DNA of 64,000 bases from Candidatus Undinarchaeota archaeon (lineage in GTDB: Archaea; Undinarchaeota; Undinarchaeia; Undinarchaeales; UBA543): positions 10,113-74,112 of the forward strand of contig CAZMMZ010000003.1 in assembly GCA_964567575.1 (NCBI GenBank). The letters run 5' to 3'. Position 1 is the stretch's first letter. The number at the start of each line of letters is the position of its first letter. The position numbers were made by a program, and so were the translations under genes. The notes beneath the pieces were generated by a model. It was not told where the DNA came from and did no database searches. It worked only from the letters and a program-made list of their open reading frames with translations. Positions 43,945 to 53,978 of this stretch are shown here, piece after piece.

Positions 43945-44990
43945 AACAAGTATTTCAAATAAGATGTGTATTTCCAAAGCATTGGATTTTTTACAAAAGC
44001 TTTCAATAATTTTGTTGGGTGATCCATATCCCCGTGTTCAGCAAAAACTTTTTTGATTTCTTCTTTATTTAACAAATCCCACAGATTATTCATTTCATTA
44101 TCGCTCATCTTTTTTATTCTGTTTCGTATTCTTCTTCCCAAACTAAAGTCCCAAAAGAATTCTTTTTGCCAATTTTTTTCATAACTTTCCAAATTATTTT
44201 TCTTAATTGAATTTGCTAAAATTTTAGCAGATTTAAAACCAAAATAAACACCACCGCCTGTTGTTGCTTTTACCTGTCCAGCAGCATCTCCAACAACAGC
44301 AATGTTCCCATTTGTAAATTCAGGTCTTACTGATATAGGAATAACTCCTGCATTTGTTGAAAGAATTTCTGGCTCCTCAAATTTATTTTTCAAAAAATTA
44401 TCAAGATACTCTTTTACATTAGTATTTGTTGCAGCTCCAACCCGAAGCCGATCCCCTGCTGGAACAATCCATGCGAAAAATCCTGGAGCAAAGTTGTCTC
44501 CGAAATACATTTCAATAAAATCCCTTCCATAATCTTCAATTGGGATTTCATATTGTAATCCAACGAGTTTCTCTTTAATAGGCTTTAAACCAGAAAGCCG
44601 CGCCACAATTGAATTGGGTCCATCAGCTCCTATAATATATTTACTTTCAAAATTTAAATCTGAAACATGTTTTGTTTGAATATTAATTCCTTCTGCTAAT
44701 TTTTTATCAAACTTTTCGCGGTCAATAACATATGCTTGATCTTGATCTCGTGCAAGTTCAAATTTTTTCCCAGAAGGTGAATAAATTCGCGCGCCTTTAA
44801 CTTTGTTTAAAATACATTCTTGTGGGATTTCATAAACAGAATCAATATTTTTGCTAATTAATCCAGTGCATTGCACAGGTTTTCCGATTTTTTTGTGCTC
44901 TTCGTAAACAGTTACATCTAAGTCCTTCAATTGCTGCGCTAAGAATAATCCAACTGGTCCAGCGCCAACAATCGTGCAATCTCCTCCCAT
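43941..44990 (-). CDS. Geranylgeranyl reductase-family flavoprotein
   Basis: VGAGPVG, CTGLIS, IDREKFD, ADG.NS, FAWIVP, VGDAAGQVKATTGGG; ATG at 44990. Confidence 0.9.
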   Translation of the reverse strand: MGGDCTIVGAGPVGLFLAQQLKDLDVTVYEEHKKIGKPVQCTGLISKNIDSVYEIPQECILNKVKGARIYSPSGKKFELARDQDQAYVIDREKFDKKLAEGINIQTKHVSDLNFESKYIIGADGPNSIVARLSGLKPIKEKLVGLQYEIPIEDYGRDFIEMYFGDNFAPGFFAWIVPAGDRLRVGAATNTNVKEYLDNFLKNKFEEPEILSTNAGVIPISVRPEFTNGNIAVVGDAAGQVKATTGGGVYFGFKSAKILANSIKKNNLESYEKNWQKEFFWDFSLGRRIRNRIKKMSDNEMNNLWDLLNKEEIKKVFAEHGDMDHPTKLLKAFVKNPMLWKYTSYLKYLF

Positions 44991-45024
44991 AAAGCTTAAA
45001 TCCCTTAACACCCATTTATATCTT

Positions 45025-45342
45025 ATGATAGACGAACTTGACAGCCTTCTTGCTAAGTCAAAGAAAGTAAAGAAAGATCCGTTTGAGGGTCACCGCGATT
45101 TTAGAAAAGAACTTCTTGAAGTCATTGATGAATTGGAAAAGGAGCAGAACTTATCTTTCAAAAAAGAAGAAGTGTTTGAGCGTACAGATTCTAGAAAAAT
45201 ACCAAGAGAAGAAGCTGAAGTTGAATTTGATGATTTAATTGCAAGTGGGATAATTCGGGAATTAAAAGGCGGGGATGGGATTTATCAGCGAGCAAATCGC
45301 GGAGATTATTCACCTGCGTTTGAAGATATGCCTGATTGGTGA
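45025..45342 (+). CDS. Small winged-helix-like hypothetical protein
   Basis: EEVFER...IPREEAE..FDDL...GII.E...G.YQR resembles MCM/RPA C-terminal winged-helix domains; ATG at 45025. Confidence 0.55.
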   Translation: MIDELDSLLAKSKKVKKDPFEGHRDFRKELLEVIDELEKEQNLSFKKEEVFERTDSRKIPREEAEVEFDDLIASGIIRELKGGDGIYQRANRGDYSPAFEDMPDW

Positions 45343-46527
45343 TTATCCAGAAACAAGATATGTGCTAGTTGCTTTTTTGATTTTAACATTTACCTTCTCA
45401 CCTAGTTTATGTGTTCCTTTTACAACAATTGGTTTGTAAGCGAAATTCCTTCCAATAAAATCATTTTCTTTTCCGTGTTCATCAATCAAAACTTCTCCTT
45501 CCCAATTAATCCAATCATTGTTTCGTGCTTGTCCAATTTCTTTTACTAATTTAGTTGCTTCGCGACTTCGTTCTTTCTTTGTAATTTCTTCATGCTGTTT
45601 CAATTCAGCAGCTGAAGTTCCAGGTCGTGCACCGTAGCGTGAAATATTTACAATATCTGGTTTAGTTTCTTCAAGCACTTTAAGAGTGTCTTTGAATTCC
45701 TGATTCGTTTCACCAGGGAATCCAACAATAATGTCAGTTGAAATTGTGATTTGAGGAATTTCGCGTTTTACATAATCAATTATTTTTTTATAATCTTCAA
45801 CAGTGTAAAACCGATTCATTTCTTTGAGAATTTTGTTATTTCCAGATTGAATTGGAAGATGTAAGAACTTGAACATTTTTTCGTGCTGCAAAGCTTTGGA
45901 AAGAGCAGGTAACATTTTCATAGCGTGGTTTGGATTCATCATCCCAACACGCACTTTAAAATCACCATCAAGCGTGCATACTTTCTCAAGCAAATTTGGG
46001 AGTGAATTTCCAATATCTATTCCATATGCTCCAGTGTCTTGTGCAGTTATCCAAATTTCTTTACACTCATCTTTAATTGCAGTTTCAATTGCATTCAAAA
46101 TCTTTTCAACAGAATAACTTTTGAGTTTGCCGCGAGCAAACCTAACAATACAATAAGTGCATGAACCCAAACATCCTGAAGAAATTGGAATAATTCCTAC
46201 AAGTTTATTTACGCGAATGTGTGGACCTTCAAGAACTTCTTCATGCTTAACCCCCCAAATCTCTGCATTCGGAGCAACTTCTTTTATTTTATCTCGTTCT
46301 GCTTCAGGCATACAACCTGCAACAATTAATTTCTTATTTGAATATTTTTTCAGTGCTTTCAAAATTTTATTTTCAGTTGGGGTTTTGACAATGCACGTAT
46401 TTACAACAACAATGTCTGCATCATCTGGAGTTGAAACTTGTTCATGCTCTTCAGCCAAAGCACCAGCTATAGCTTCTGAATCTGCTTGATTCCGAGAACA
46501 TCCATACGTTTCAATATAAAATTTCAT
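45343..46527 (-). CDS. mtaB: tRNA methylthiotransferase (MiaB-like radical SAM; MtaB/CDKAL1 type)
   Basis: YGCSRN, VNTC, AGC, SSGCLGSCTYC, STDIIVGFPGE; C-terminal TRAM domain. Confidence 0.92.
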   Translation of the reverse strand: MKFYIETYGCSRNQADSEAIAGALAEEHEQVSTPDDADIVVVNTCIVKTPTENKILKALKKYSNKKLIVAGCMPEAERDKIKEVAPNAEIWGVKHEEVLEGPHIRVNKLVGIIPISSGCLGSCTYCIVRFARGKLKSYSVEKILNAIETAIKDECKEIWITAQDTGAYGIDIGNSLPNLLEKVCTLDGDFKVRVGMMNPNHAMKMLPALSKALQHEKMFKFLHLPIQSGNNKILKEMNRFYTVEDYKKIIDYVKREIPQITISTDIIVGFPGETNQEFKDTLKVLEETKPDIVNISRYGARPGTSAAELKQHEEITKKERSREATKLVKEIGQARNNDWINWEGEVLIDEHGKENDFIGRNFAYKPIVVKGTHKLGEKVNVKIKKATSTYLVSG

Positions 46528-46585
46528 TTCCTTAACTCACTTGGGTTAATGAACTTTTATAACACTTTCTAAGCGCAGTTTATTT

Positions 46586-48292
46586 ATGTTCTTTAAAAAA
46601 TCTACTCCAAAAGAATCATTTCTGGATTCAAATTTTTCCAGTATAATAAAACCAGACATACTGTTTTTTAAACCAGATCATTCTTTCTTGCAAGGCCAGT
46701 TCAATCGGGTTTTAATGGCAGTTGGATACCCGCGCGAAGTGCAGGAAGGTTTTATGGATCGATTGATAAGGAGCAAGGATGAATTTGATCTTTCTATTCA
46801 TATCTTCCCTTCATCAATTGAAGTGATGCTAATTAATTTGAATCGTTTGCTAAAGAAACTGAATGCAGATAAGTATGCATCTGAAAAACGCGGAGTTATG
46901 ACTCCTTCACTTGATCTTTTAATTAGTGATACGCGAAAAGTTCTTGAAGAAATTCAATCTGGAAAAGAAAAACTTTTCAAAACAAGTTTTTATGTGAATG
47001 TAACTGCATTTGAAAAAAAGGAACTTGATGCTTCAACAAGAAAAGCTGAAGCAATTCTAAATTCTCTTAGTATAGTTCCGAAAAAAGCAACTTTCAAAAT
47101 GCGCGAAGGATTGCAAAGTATTCTTCCAATTGCGCGCGATAAATTGAAACAACAAAGGACTTTAACAACATCAGCGCTGAGTGCCTGTTTCCCCTTCACT
47201 TCGTCGTTTCTTGAATCTGATAATACTGGAGTGATGATTGCAACTAACAAAACAACAGGGATTCCAATAATTCGAGATGTATTCAAACAAACAAATCCTA
47301 ATTCACTTATTTTAGGAACTTCTGGCTCTGGAAAAAGTTTTTGTTGCAAATTAATTTTCTTGCGATCTTTCCTTGCAGGCACAAAAGTTTTTGTTGTAGA
47401 TCCTCAAGCCGAATATCTTGATCTAACACGCGTATTGAATGGACAAGTTATTGAAATTTCAAAAGAATCAGATTCAATAATAAATCCTCTTGATTTAATG
47501 GGACAAACTCAAGATGATAAGCGTCTTTCTCTTTTGTCAGCGTATCGCATAATGTTTCCAAATATCGACAACCAGAGCTTAGCAATACTTGACAAAGCAA
47601 CATCTCTTGCATATCAAAACACAAAAACTCCTATTCTCAAAGATTTGTTACGATTTATTAAAAAAGAAAAATCTGAGCGCGCTCGAGATTTGGAATTACA
47701 ATTAGAGCAATATGTTTCTGGTGCATTTTCTTTTCTTAATCAAAAAACAAATTTGAATTTTGATAATGAATTCATTTGTTTTGATATTCAGAAAATGCCA
47801 ACTGCTGTAAAACCTTTAATGTCGTATTTGATTTTAGAATATCTCTATAACACAATGCAAAAAGATCGTTCGAGAAAAATGCTTGTAATTGATGAAGCGT
47901 GGTCTCTTCTAAGTCATGCAAATTCTTCTGATTATCTTTTCAAAATTGTAAAGACTTGCAGGAAATTCAATCTCTCGCTTTTTCTAATAACACAAGAAGC
48001 AAATGATGTTCTTAATAATGATGCAGGAAAATCAATTCTTGCAAATACAAGCTGTAAATATTTGCTAAAGCAAGATGCAAGTGTTATTGATCAGCTTGTG
48101 AAATTGCTTGGCTTAACCAACAAGGAGCGTAACATTCTTTTGCAAAGTTCTGTTGGGGAAGGGATATTGATAATTGATAGTGAACGTTTTCCTGTTAAAA
48201 TTCTTGCATCTCCAGCAGAAGCTGGGTTAATTACAACTAATGCTGATGAACTTCACAAGCGTGAGAAGGAGAAAAAATGTACGACAGAATAG
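46586..48292 (+). CDS. VirB4/TraC-like ATPase
   Basis: GTSGSGKS (Walker A), VVDPQAEY, INPLD, LVIDEAW (Walker B), RKFNL...ITQ; N-terminal GYP...SIHI.P region typical of conjugative VirB4. Confidence 0.88.
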   Translation: MFFKKSTPKESFLDSNFSSIIKPDILFFKPDHSFLQGQFNRVLMAVGYPREVQEGFMDRLIRSKDEFDLSIHIFPSSIEVMLINLNRLLKKLNADKYASEKRGVMTPSLDLLISDTRKVLEEIQSGKEKLFKTSFYVNVTAFEKKELDASTRKAEAILNSLSIVPKKATFKMREGLQSILPIARDKLKQQRTLTTSALSACFPFTSSFLESDNTGVMIATNKTTGIPIIRDVFKQTNPNSLILGTSGSGKSFCCKLIFLRSFLAGTKVFVVDPQAEYLDLTRVLNGQVIEISKESDSIINPLDLMGQTQDDKRLSLLSAYRIMFPNIDNQSLAILDKATSLAYQNTKTPILKDLLRFIKKEKSERARDLELQLEQYVSGAFSFLNQKTNLNFDNEFICFDIQKMPTAVKPLMSYLILEYLYNTMQKDRSRKMLVIDEAWSLLSHANSSDYLFKIVKTCRKFNLSLFLITQEANDVLNNDAGKSILANTSCKYLLKQDASVIDQLVKLLGLTNKERNILLQSSVGEGILIIDSERFPVKILASPAEAGLITTNADELHKREKEKKCTTE

Positions 48293-48573
48293 ATTTAAGC
48301 TCTGCAAAAGCTGTAGCAAGAAATTTCTCAATGGAATTTCCTACAATAAAAGAAATGCGGTTTAGATTAATGCAAAAAGTAAGTAATGTTTTGCAAAAAG
48401 AACAAGGGTTTTTCTTTTTTGATCAAATCTACGATATTTTTGAAATAGTTTATTGCAATCTTCCAAAGAATATAGTATCTGAACTTGAAGAATGGGTTGA
48501 AAAAGATGAGAATATAAAATTCATTGAAAAACAAGATGGTTTTTACAAATATGCAGTTATTCCAACAATCTAA
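48277..48573 (+). CDS. Hypothetical protein
   Basis: 98-aa ORF overlapping the VirB4-like stop. Confidence 0.5.
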   Translation: MYDRIDLSSAKAVARNFSMEFPTIKEMRFRLMQKVSNVLQKEQGFFFFDQIYDIFEIVYCNLPKNIVSELEEWVEKDENIKFIEKQDGFYKYAVIPTI

Positions 48574-48575
48574 AC

Positions 48576-48908
48576 TTATTCTTTTTTCTTTTCTTCAGGT
48601 TTAGGTTCTTCTGGCTTTGCTTCTTCAGTAGGTTTTTCTTCTGGTTTCTTTTCTTCTGCTTTTGGTTCTTCTGGTGGTTTTTTTTCTTGTTTAGGAGCTT
48701 CTTGTTTTTCTGGTTCTCCTGTTTTTTCTGTGTAACCACATCCGCCACATGAAATCCTATCTTTGTGAACTGCTAGGAAAACTGCAGGTCCACATTTTGG
48801 GCATGTTCTATTTTTTCGCTCAACTGCCTCGCCTTTAATATTATAATAATTAAATTTGCCTTTGTAATTTCTTTTCTTTCCTGTTTGTTTTTTTGGTGCT
48901 TCAGCCAT
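48576..48908 (-). CDS. rps27ae: 30S ribosomal protein S27ae (eS31) with charged tail
   Basis: CPKCGP.VFLA.H.DR..CGGCGYT. Confidence 0.95.
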   Translation of the reverse strand: MAEAPKKQTGKKRNYKGKFNYYNIKGEAVERKNRTCPKCGPAVFLAVHKDRISCGGCGYTEKTGEPEKQEAPKQEKKPPEEPKAEEKKPEEKPTEEAKPEEPKPEEKKKE

Positions 48909-48913
48909 TTAAA

Positions 48914-49348
48914 TCACTCCTTTTTTTCCTCAGCAGGTTTTTCTTCTTCTGGTGCTTCTTCTTTTTTCTCTTCTGCAGGTTTTTCTTCTTTCTTTTCTTC
49001 AGCTGGAGTTTCTGCAGGTTCGCTAAGGTCTACTTTCATTTCTCCACTTGCATCAGGAACATTTGAATCTGTTGTTTTTTCTTTCTTTTCTTTTGGTTGT
49101 GGTTCTGTTGCTTTAAGAGCTTCTTCACTTTCATAGATTTTCACATAAGCTTCAGACTCTTTCATTCCATAAGAAGTTTTTATGCTGTCAAGAACAACAA
49201 GTTCTTTATTTGAAATATTATATTTTGTACAAACTTTATCCAAAAGTTCGTTCTTTTTTGGTGTTGCAGCTTCTGCAACTACCTTTATTACAAGCTCCTT
49301 TCTTTTTAGAAGCGGGTTTTCTTTTGAACTAATTTCTTCAATTTCCAT
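48914..49348 (-). CDS. rps24e: 30S ribosomal protein S24e (eS24) with acidic tail
   Basis: ENPLLKRKE, ATP, I.TSYG...S..YVKIYES. Confidence 0.93.
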   Translation of the reverse strand: MEIEEISSKENPLLKRKELVIKVVAEAATPKKNELLDKVCTKYNISNKELVVLDSIKTSYGMKESEAYVKIYESEEALKATEPQPKEKKEKTTDSNVPDASGEMKVDLSEPAETPAEEKKEEKPAEEKKEEAPEEEKPAEEKKE

Positions 49349-49356
49349 TTTAATCA

Positions 49357-49542
49357 CTACTGAACAATAAGCGCGTATTCTCCTTTTTCTTTTATTTCAA
49401 GTTTTTCTGCAACTTGAGATTTTTCTGGATTGATTATAACTACAAGCCCTCGCCATCTTGTTGAAAGATCTGTATTCTGACAAATAGGACAAACATTGTC
49501 TTCTGTTATTTTTCTGCAACTTTTACATGCTTTTTTTGTCAT
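49357..49542 (-). CDS. spt4: Transcription elongation factor Spt4 (RpoE'')
   Basis: KACKSC...CPIC...LS..WRG.V.II.P..S.VA..L.I...G.YA. Confidence 0.95.
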   Translation of the reverse strand: MTKKACKSCRKITEDNVCPICQNTDLSTRWRGLVVIINPEKSQVAEKLEIKEKGEYALIVQ

Positions 49543-49548
49543 TTTATA

Positions 49549-50145
49549 TCACTTCTTTTTCCCTTTTTTCTTGTCGTCTTTCTTTTTGTTATCAGATTTT
49601 TCTGTTTTCTTTTCTTTTTCATCCATCCAGCCGTATTTTCCAAGTCCTGGCTGTCTCATTGTTAAACCAATCTTGTTTTCTTTGCTTTTCTTTAAGCTGA
49701 TTGTAACAACGCGAGCTCGTACAAGATCTCCTTGTGAAATGGTTTTCTTTGATTCTTTTCCAACGAATCGTGAACCTTTTTCATCATAGTTTAGGTAATC
49801 GTCTGTTATCTGAGATACGTGTACTAGACCGTCAAGAGGTCCGAGTCTTATGAATATTCCGAATTCAACAACTTCAATTACTTCACCATCAACAACTTCT
49901 TGAAGTTCTGGTTTGTATGTGAGTACTTTGAAAGTAGCATTGTAAAACGCAGCGCCGTCGCCAGGTATTACTTTTCCAATACCATCGGTTGTAACACCTA
50001 GAATTGACACTATAGCTCCTAAATCTCTGTCTAGTTTGCTCTCATACTTTTCAGCGAGTATCTGTTGTAGTGTTTCTTCAAGTTTGCCGCCGAATTTATC
50101 TGGAATGACACGAACTGTGTCTTCAATTTCAACTATTTGATACAT
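49549..50145 (-). CDS. rpoE: DNA-directed RNA polymerase subunit E' (Rpo7)
   Basis: VRVIPDKF, G.VIPGDGAAFY, GPLDGLVHVSQI, KIGLTMRQPGLGK. Confidence 0.97.
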   Translation of the reverse strand: MYQIVEIEDTVRVIPDKFGGKLEETLQQILAEKYESKLDRDLGAIVSILGVTTDGIGKVIPGDGAAFYNATFKVLTYKPELQEVVDGEVIEVVEFGIFIRLGPLDGLVHVSQITDDYLNYDEKGSRFVGKESKKTISQGDLVRARVVTISLKKSKENKIGLTMRQPGLGKYGWMDEKEKKTEKSDNKKKDDKKKGKKK

Positions 50146-50227
50146 GATTATTAACCCCCAATTTAAGTGAATATAATAGCTAAGATAAGCACCAAATTGT
50201 TCCTCTAGCTGGTTATAAACGTTTCGT

Positions 50228-52210
50228 TTATAGGAACAATGGGATGAAAACCAATGCTATGATACTCATTAACTTGATTAAGATGTTTAATGCTGGTCCT
50301 GCTGTGTCCTTGAATGGGTCTCCAACAGTGTCTCCAACAACTGCATTTTTGTGCACTTCTGAACCTTTTCCACCAAGTTTTCCTGATTCAATGTATTTCT
50401 TTGCGTTGTCCCATGCTCCGCCTGAGTTTGACATCAATAAAGCAAGTAAAAATCCTGAAGCAGTTGCACCTGCAAGAAGTCCGCCGAGTGCTTCTACACC
50501 AAGAACAACACCAACTGCAATAGGTGAAACAATTGCAATCAAACTTGGTAGGATCATTTCTCTCAAAGCTGCTCGTGTACTGATATCAATACACTTTACA
50601 TAATCAGCTTCTGCTTTGCCTTTCATCAAACCTTTAATTGTTTTGAATTGTCTTCGAACTTCCTCAACAATTGCCATAGCTGCATTTCCAACTGCTCGCA
50701 TTGCGAAAGCTGAGAACAAGTATGGTAATAATGCTCCTAGGAATAACCCAACAACAACTTTTGGTGTCATGAGGTTTATCACAGTAAGTCCAACAGTTTG
50801 TCCGTATGTGACAAATAATGCAAGAGCAGTCAAAGCAGCGGAACCAATTGCGAAACCTTTTCCAATAGCTGCAGTTGTGTTTCCAACAGCATCAAGAGCT
50901 TCTGTTCGCTTTCTTACATGTCCACCGACTTTTGCCATTTCTGCAATTCCTGCTGCATTATCTGCGACAGGTCCGTAAGTGTCAGCTGCTAGTGTGATTC
51001 CAAGTGTTGAAAGCATACCAACTGCTGCCATTGCAATTCCGTAAACTCCACTGAATTTGAATGAAACTAAAATTGCAGATACAACGAAAAGAACTGGCAA
51101 TACTGTGCTGAACATTCCAACTGAAAGTCCTGTTATAATGTTAGTTGCTGATCCCATTTTTGATGCAAGCGCAATGCTTCGTACTGGCTTTCTTGTGTCA
51201 GATGTGTAATACTCTGTTGCTAATCCAATTCCAATTCCTGAAACTAATCCTGCAACAAGTGAAACGAATAAGTGATATGTTCCTGTCAAAAACCAAATTG
51301 CAATAAATGAAAGTACTGCTGTTAGTCCCGCGCTGATGTATATTCCATTATTCATAATGCTGTGTGGTTTTCCTTTCTTCATTGAAAGCACAAAATAACT
51401 TCCAAGAACTGAACAAATAATTCCTATTCCTGCTATAAGCATTGGAAGAAGAACTGCGGTTCCAGCTGTTAAATTAAGTGCACCGAAAGTTACTCCAACA
51501 ATACCAAGTGCCATTGCCGCGATAATTGAATCAACATAAGATTCAAACAAGTCTGCACCCATTCCAGCAACATCTCCAACGTTGTCCCCAACATTGTCTG
51601 CAATTACTGCAGGGTTTCGTGGATCATCTTCTGGAATTCCTGCTTCTACTTTACCAACTAAGTCTGCTCCAACATCAGCGGACTTTGTGAAAATTCCACC
51701 ACCAACACGGGCGAACAATGCTACAGAACTTGCTCCGAAACCGAAACTGAATAACATTGAAACATCGCCGAATATTGCGTAAAGAATACTAACTCCAAGC
51801 AAACCAAGACCAACAACCATTAGTCCCATAACAGAACCACTTGAGAAAGCTACGCGAAGTGCTTTCTGCAAATTTGATCGTGCAGCTTGAGTTGTTCTTA
51901 CATTTGCAGTTGTTGCAATCATCATGCCGGCATAGCCTGCAAATGCTGAACATCCTGCTCCAAGAACAAATGATAGTGCGGATAGTCTTGATATTAAGAA
52001 AAATAAAACTCCGCCCATAATAATTACAAAAACAGATAATGTTAGGTACTGCCGCTTTAGATAGGCAGAAGCTCCTTTCTTTATCTTCATAGAAATGTCA
52101 CGCATCATTGGCGTGCCATCATTCCGACTCTTTATTTCGCGGACAAGCATGACCGCAAATACAAGAGCGATAATCGCGCTAGTAGGTGCTATCCAATATA
52201 ATAAACTCAT
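50228..52210 (-). CDS. hppA: Membrane-bound ion-translocating pyrophosphatase (K+-dependent, likely Na+)
   Basis: [54 protein letters not shown]. Confidence 0.97.
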   Translation of the reverse strand: MSLLYWIAPTSAIIALVFAVMLVREIKSRNDGTPMMRDISMKIKKGASAYLKRQYLTLSVFVIIMGGVLFFLISRLSALSFVLGAGCSAFAGYAGMMIATTANVRTTQAARSNLQKALRVAFSSGSVMGLMVVGLGLLGVSILYAIFGDVSMLFSFGFGASSVALFARVGGGIFTKSADVGADLVGKVEAGIPEDDPRNPAVIADNVGDNVGDVAGMGADLFESYVDSIIAAMALGIVGVTFGALNLTAGTAVLLPMLIAGIGIICSVLGSYFVLSMKKGKPHSIMNNGIYISAGLTAVLSFIAIWFLTGTYHLFVSLVAGLVSGIGIGLATEYYTSDTRKPVRSIALASKMGSATNIITGLSVGMFSTVLPVLFVVSAILVSFKFSGVYGIAMAAVGMLSTLGITLAADTYGPVADNAAGIAEMAKVGGHVRKRTEALDAVGNTTAAIGKGFAIGSAALTALALFVTYGQTVGLTVINLMTPKVVVGLFLGALLPYLFSAFAMRAVGNAAMAIVEEVRRQFKTIKGLMKGKAEADYVKCIDISTRAALREMILPSLIAIVSPIAVGVVLGVEALGGLLAGATASGFLLALLMSNSGGAWDNAKKYIESGKLGGKGSEVHKNAVVGDTVGDPFKDTAGPALNILIKLMSIIALVFIPLFL

Positions 52211-52262
52211 TTGTTTTCTCCCAATTAAGTGAAATTTCTTATTTAACGAAGTATTTAAAACT

Positions 52263-52748
52263 TTACTTCTTTGTCCGAGATCGTTTTGGGTACTTTAATG
52301 CCCCTAAAAATAGAACTTGCACATTATTTTTCTCTGCTTTTTTTATTAATTCTTTATCTGATGTGCAAAGTCGTGCCCCGAGTTTCTTAGAAAAATCAAT
52401 TAGTGAGTCATCAACAGTCTTTTTTGATTTCTCTGCTTCCTCAATTTTTATTTCATATGCGAATCCAGTTATGCTCTCGTTATCCATTCCAGTTCTAACT
52501 GCTTTACTTATCTCACTATCTGATATCATTTTATCAACAAGTGAGATTGCAAGTTTTGCAGCATCTTTTATTTTCCTAGCTTTCTTCGGATTGTTTTTGA
52601 TTCCTTCTAATTCATTCATAACATAGCGTGGAATTACTGCTTCGTAATTTCCTAAGAGTTTCAAGAGCTCCATAAAAATATCGCGAGACGGAGTTCTGCC
52701 TGGTATTAATAATACAGATGTGTCAAGTATTACTTTGTTTTTTTCCAT
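52263..52748 (-). CDS. PIN-domain protein (Fcf1/Utp24-like)
   Basis: [25 protein letters not shown]; near its conserved position between aIF2gamma and rpoE. Confidence 0.85.
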   Translation of the reverse strand: MEKNKVILDTSVLLIPGRTPSRDIFMELLKLLGNYEAVIPRYVMNELEGIKNNPKKARKIKDAAKLAISLVDKMISDSEISKAVRTGMDNESITGFAYEIKIEEAEKSKKTVDDSLIDFSKKLGARLCTSDKELIKKAEKNNVQVLFLGALKYPKRSRTKK

Positions 52749-53558
52749 TTAAGCTGGGCAGGATGATGTTACTAGCCGTGAATTGTAGCACCGCTTGTCT
52801 TTGCAGAAGTCGCGCGTGCATTCGTTTGTGTCTGCACATTCCTCATCTTCTGTGCATTCATTGTATTCGTAATCTGGGAACCAGGTTTTGTAATTGTTGA
52901 AATTGTATTTCTTTCGAGTGAAGCGTTTTGTTCCTGCTTCCATTTCTTTATCTTCATCATTATATCCTGTGACATTAACTTTTTCTGTTGCTGGATATAC
53001 TACTAGTAAAACTCCTGAAAGGTATACTGCTTCTGATCCTGGGTCAGCAAGGCCGGTTGAAAATGATAATGCTATTGTATCTGAAGTTGTTGTTACATCT
53101 TGAAGCCGTTCAATAAGATCTGGGAATTGCGCTTGCGGATTCTCTTCCATGTAACTCTTCACATCTTGCACATCCCCTGCTTGTGCGATAGCTGCTGGTG
53201 TGGTTGTAGTTGTTGAGCTTGGTGAAGATGCGGAGCTTGGACTACTACTGCTACTTGAAGCTGCTATAGCTGCGAGTTCATCTGCAGTTGGTGAATGGGT
53301 TTTCACGCACTCGTTTGTAAGTGCAACTGCTGCAGTTTCACTAAATCCAGATGCAAGATGTTCTTTGTATTCTTTGTAATATTGAACACAATCAACAGTG
53401 TCAGTGTCTGTTTCAGTTTCTTCTTCTGCTTCTTCTGTTTCAACATCTTCAATTTCGCCTGTTTCTGCATTCTCTCCCTCAGGACCGACTTTGACTGTGC
53501 AACCTGCTGCAGCTACTACAAGCAGTATTAATAATATCATAATGATTTTTGAATTCAT
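52749..53558 (-). CDS. Secreted lipoprotein with Ser/Thr/Pro linker and Cys-rich C-terminus
   Basis: AAGC lipobox; SSSSPSS/TTTT linker; CTEDEECADTNECTRDFC..C. Confidence 0.75.
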   Translation of the reverse strand: MNSKIIMILLILLVVAAAGCTVKVGPEGENAETGEIEDVETEEAEEETETDTDTVDCVQYYKEYKEHLASGFSETAAVALTNECVKTHSPTADELAAIAASSSSSSPSSASSPSSTTTTTPAAIAQAGDVQDVKSYMEENPQAQFPDLIERLQDVTTTSDTIALSFSTGLADPGSEAVYLSGVLLVVYPATEKVNVTGYNDEDKEMEAGTKRFTRKKYNFNNYKTWFPDYEYNECTEDEECADTNECTRDFCKDKRCYNSRLVTSSCPA

Positions 53559-53978
53559 AGAGTTTCATAATTAGTGAAGTTATTTAAGCATTAGGATAAG
53601 GGTCGATAGAAATTATAGTGCGCCTCTATCAACAGTTTTGGGTGGTAACCGTCTTGATGGTAACTATAGTGTCCGTCGAGATGGTGTGTGGGAGACCGTC
53701 AGGACTCCTAAATCTCCACGAACATTTTTTTATTAACAGAGACGCGCATTTTAGGTGTGTGAAAAATTTAACCGTCTCTTCACATACCTAAGTAGGATGT
53801 ATATTCTGTATGATATATATACCTTTCTGTTTTTTAGAAAAATAATCTAAAAAGAAATTTAATTTAGAACTTTTTCCTATAAATAAAAAAAATCCGAAAA
53901 ATATATATATTTTGTAGAATATGTTGAATTATAATCCTTTCAGAGAAGTTATAAACTTCCCCGAACTAATTACATATT

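Noticed and set aside
53600-53760. SRP (7S) RNA
   Set aside because: No helix-8 motif (GCCAGG...GGAA...AGCA) and too short.
53642-53791. 49-aa plus-strand ORF (VVTVLMVTIVSVEMVCG...)
   Set aside because: No recognisable motif or RBS; it overlaps the repeat/hairpin region and cannot be supported.
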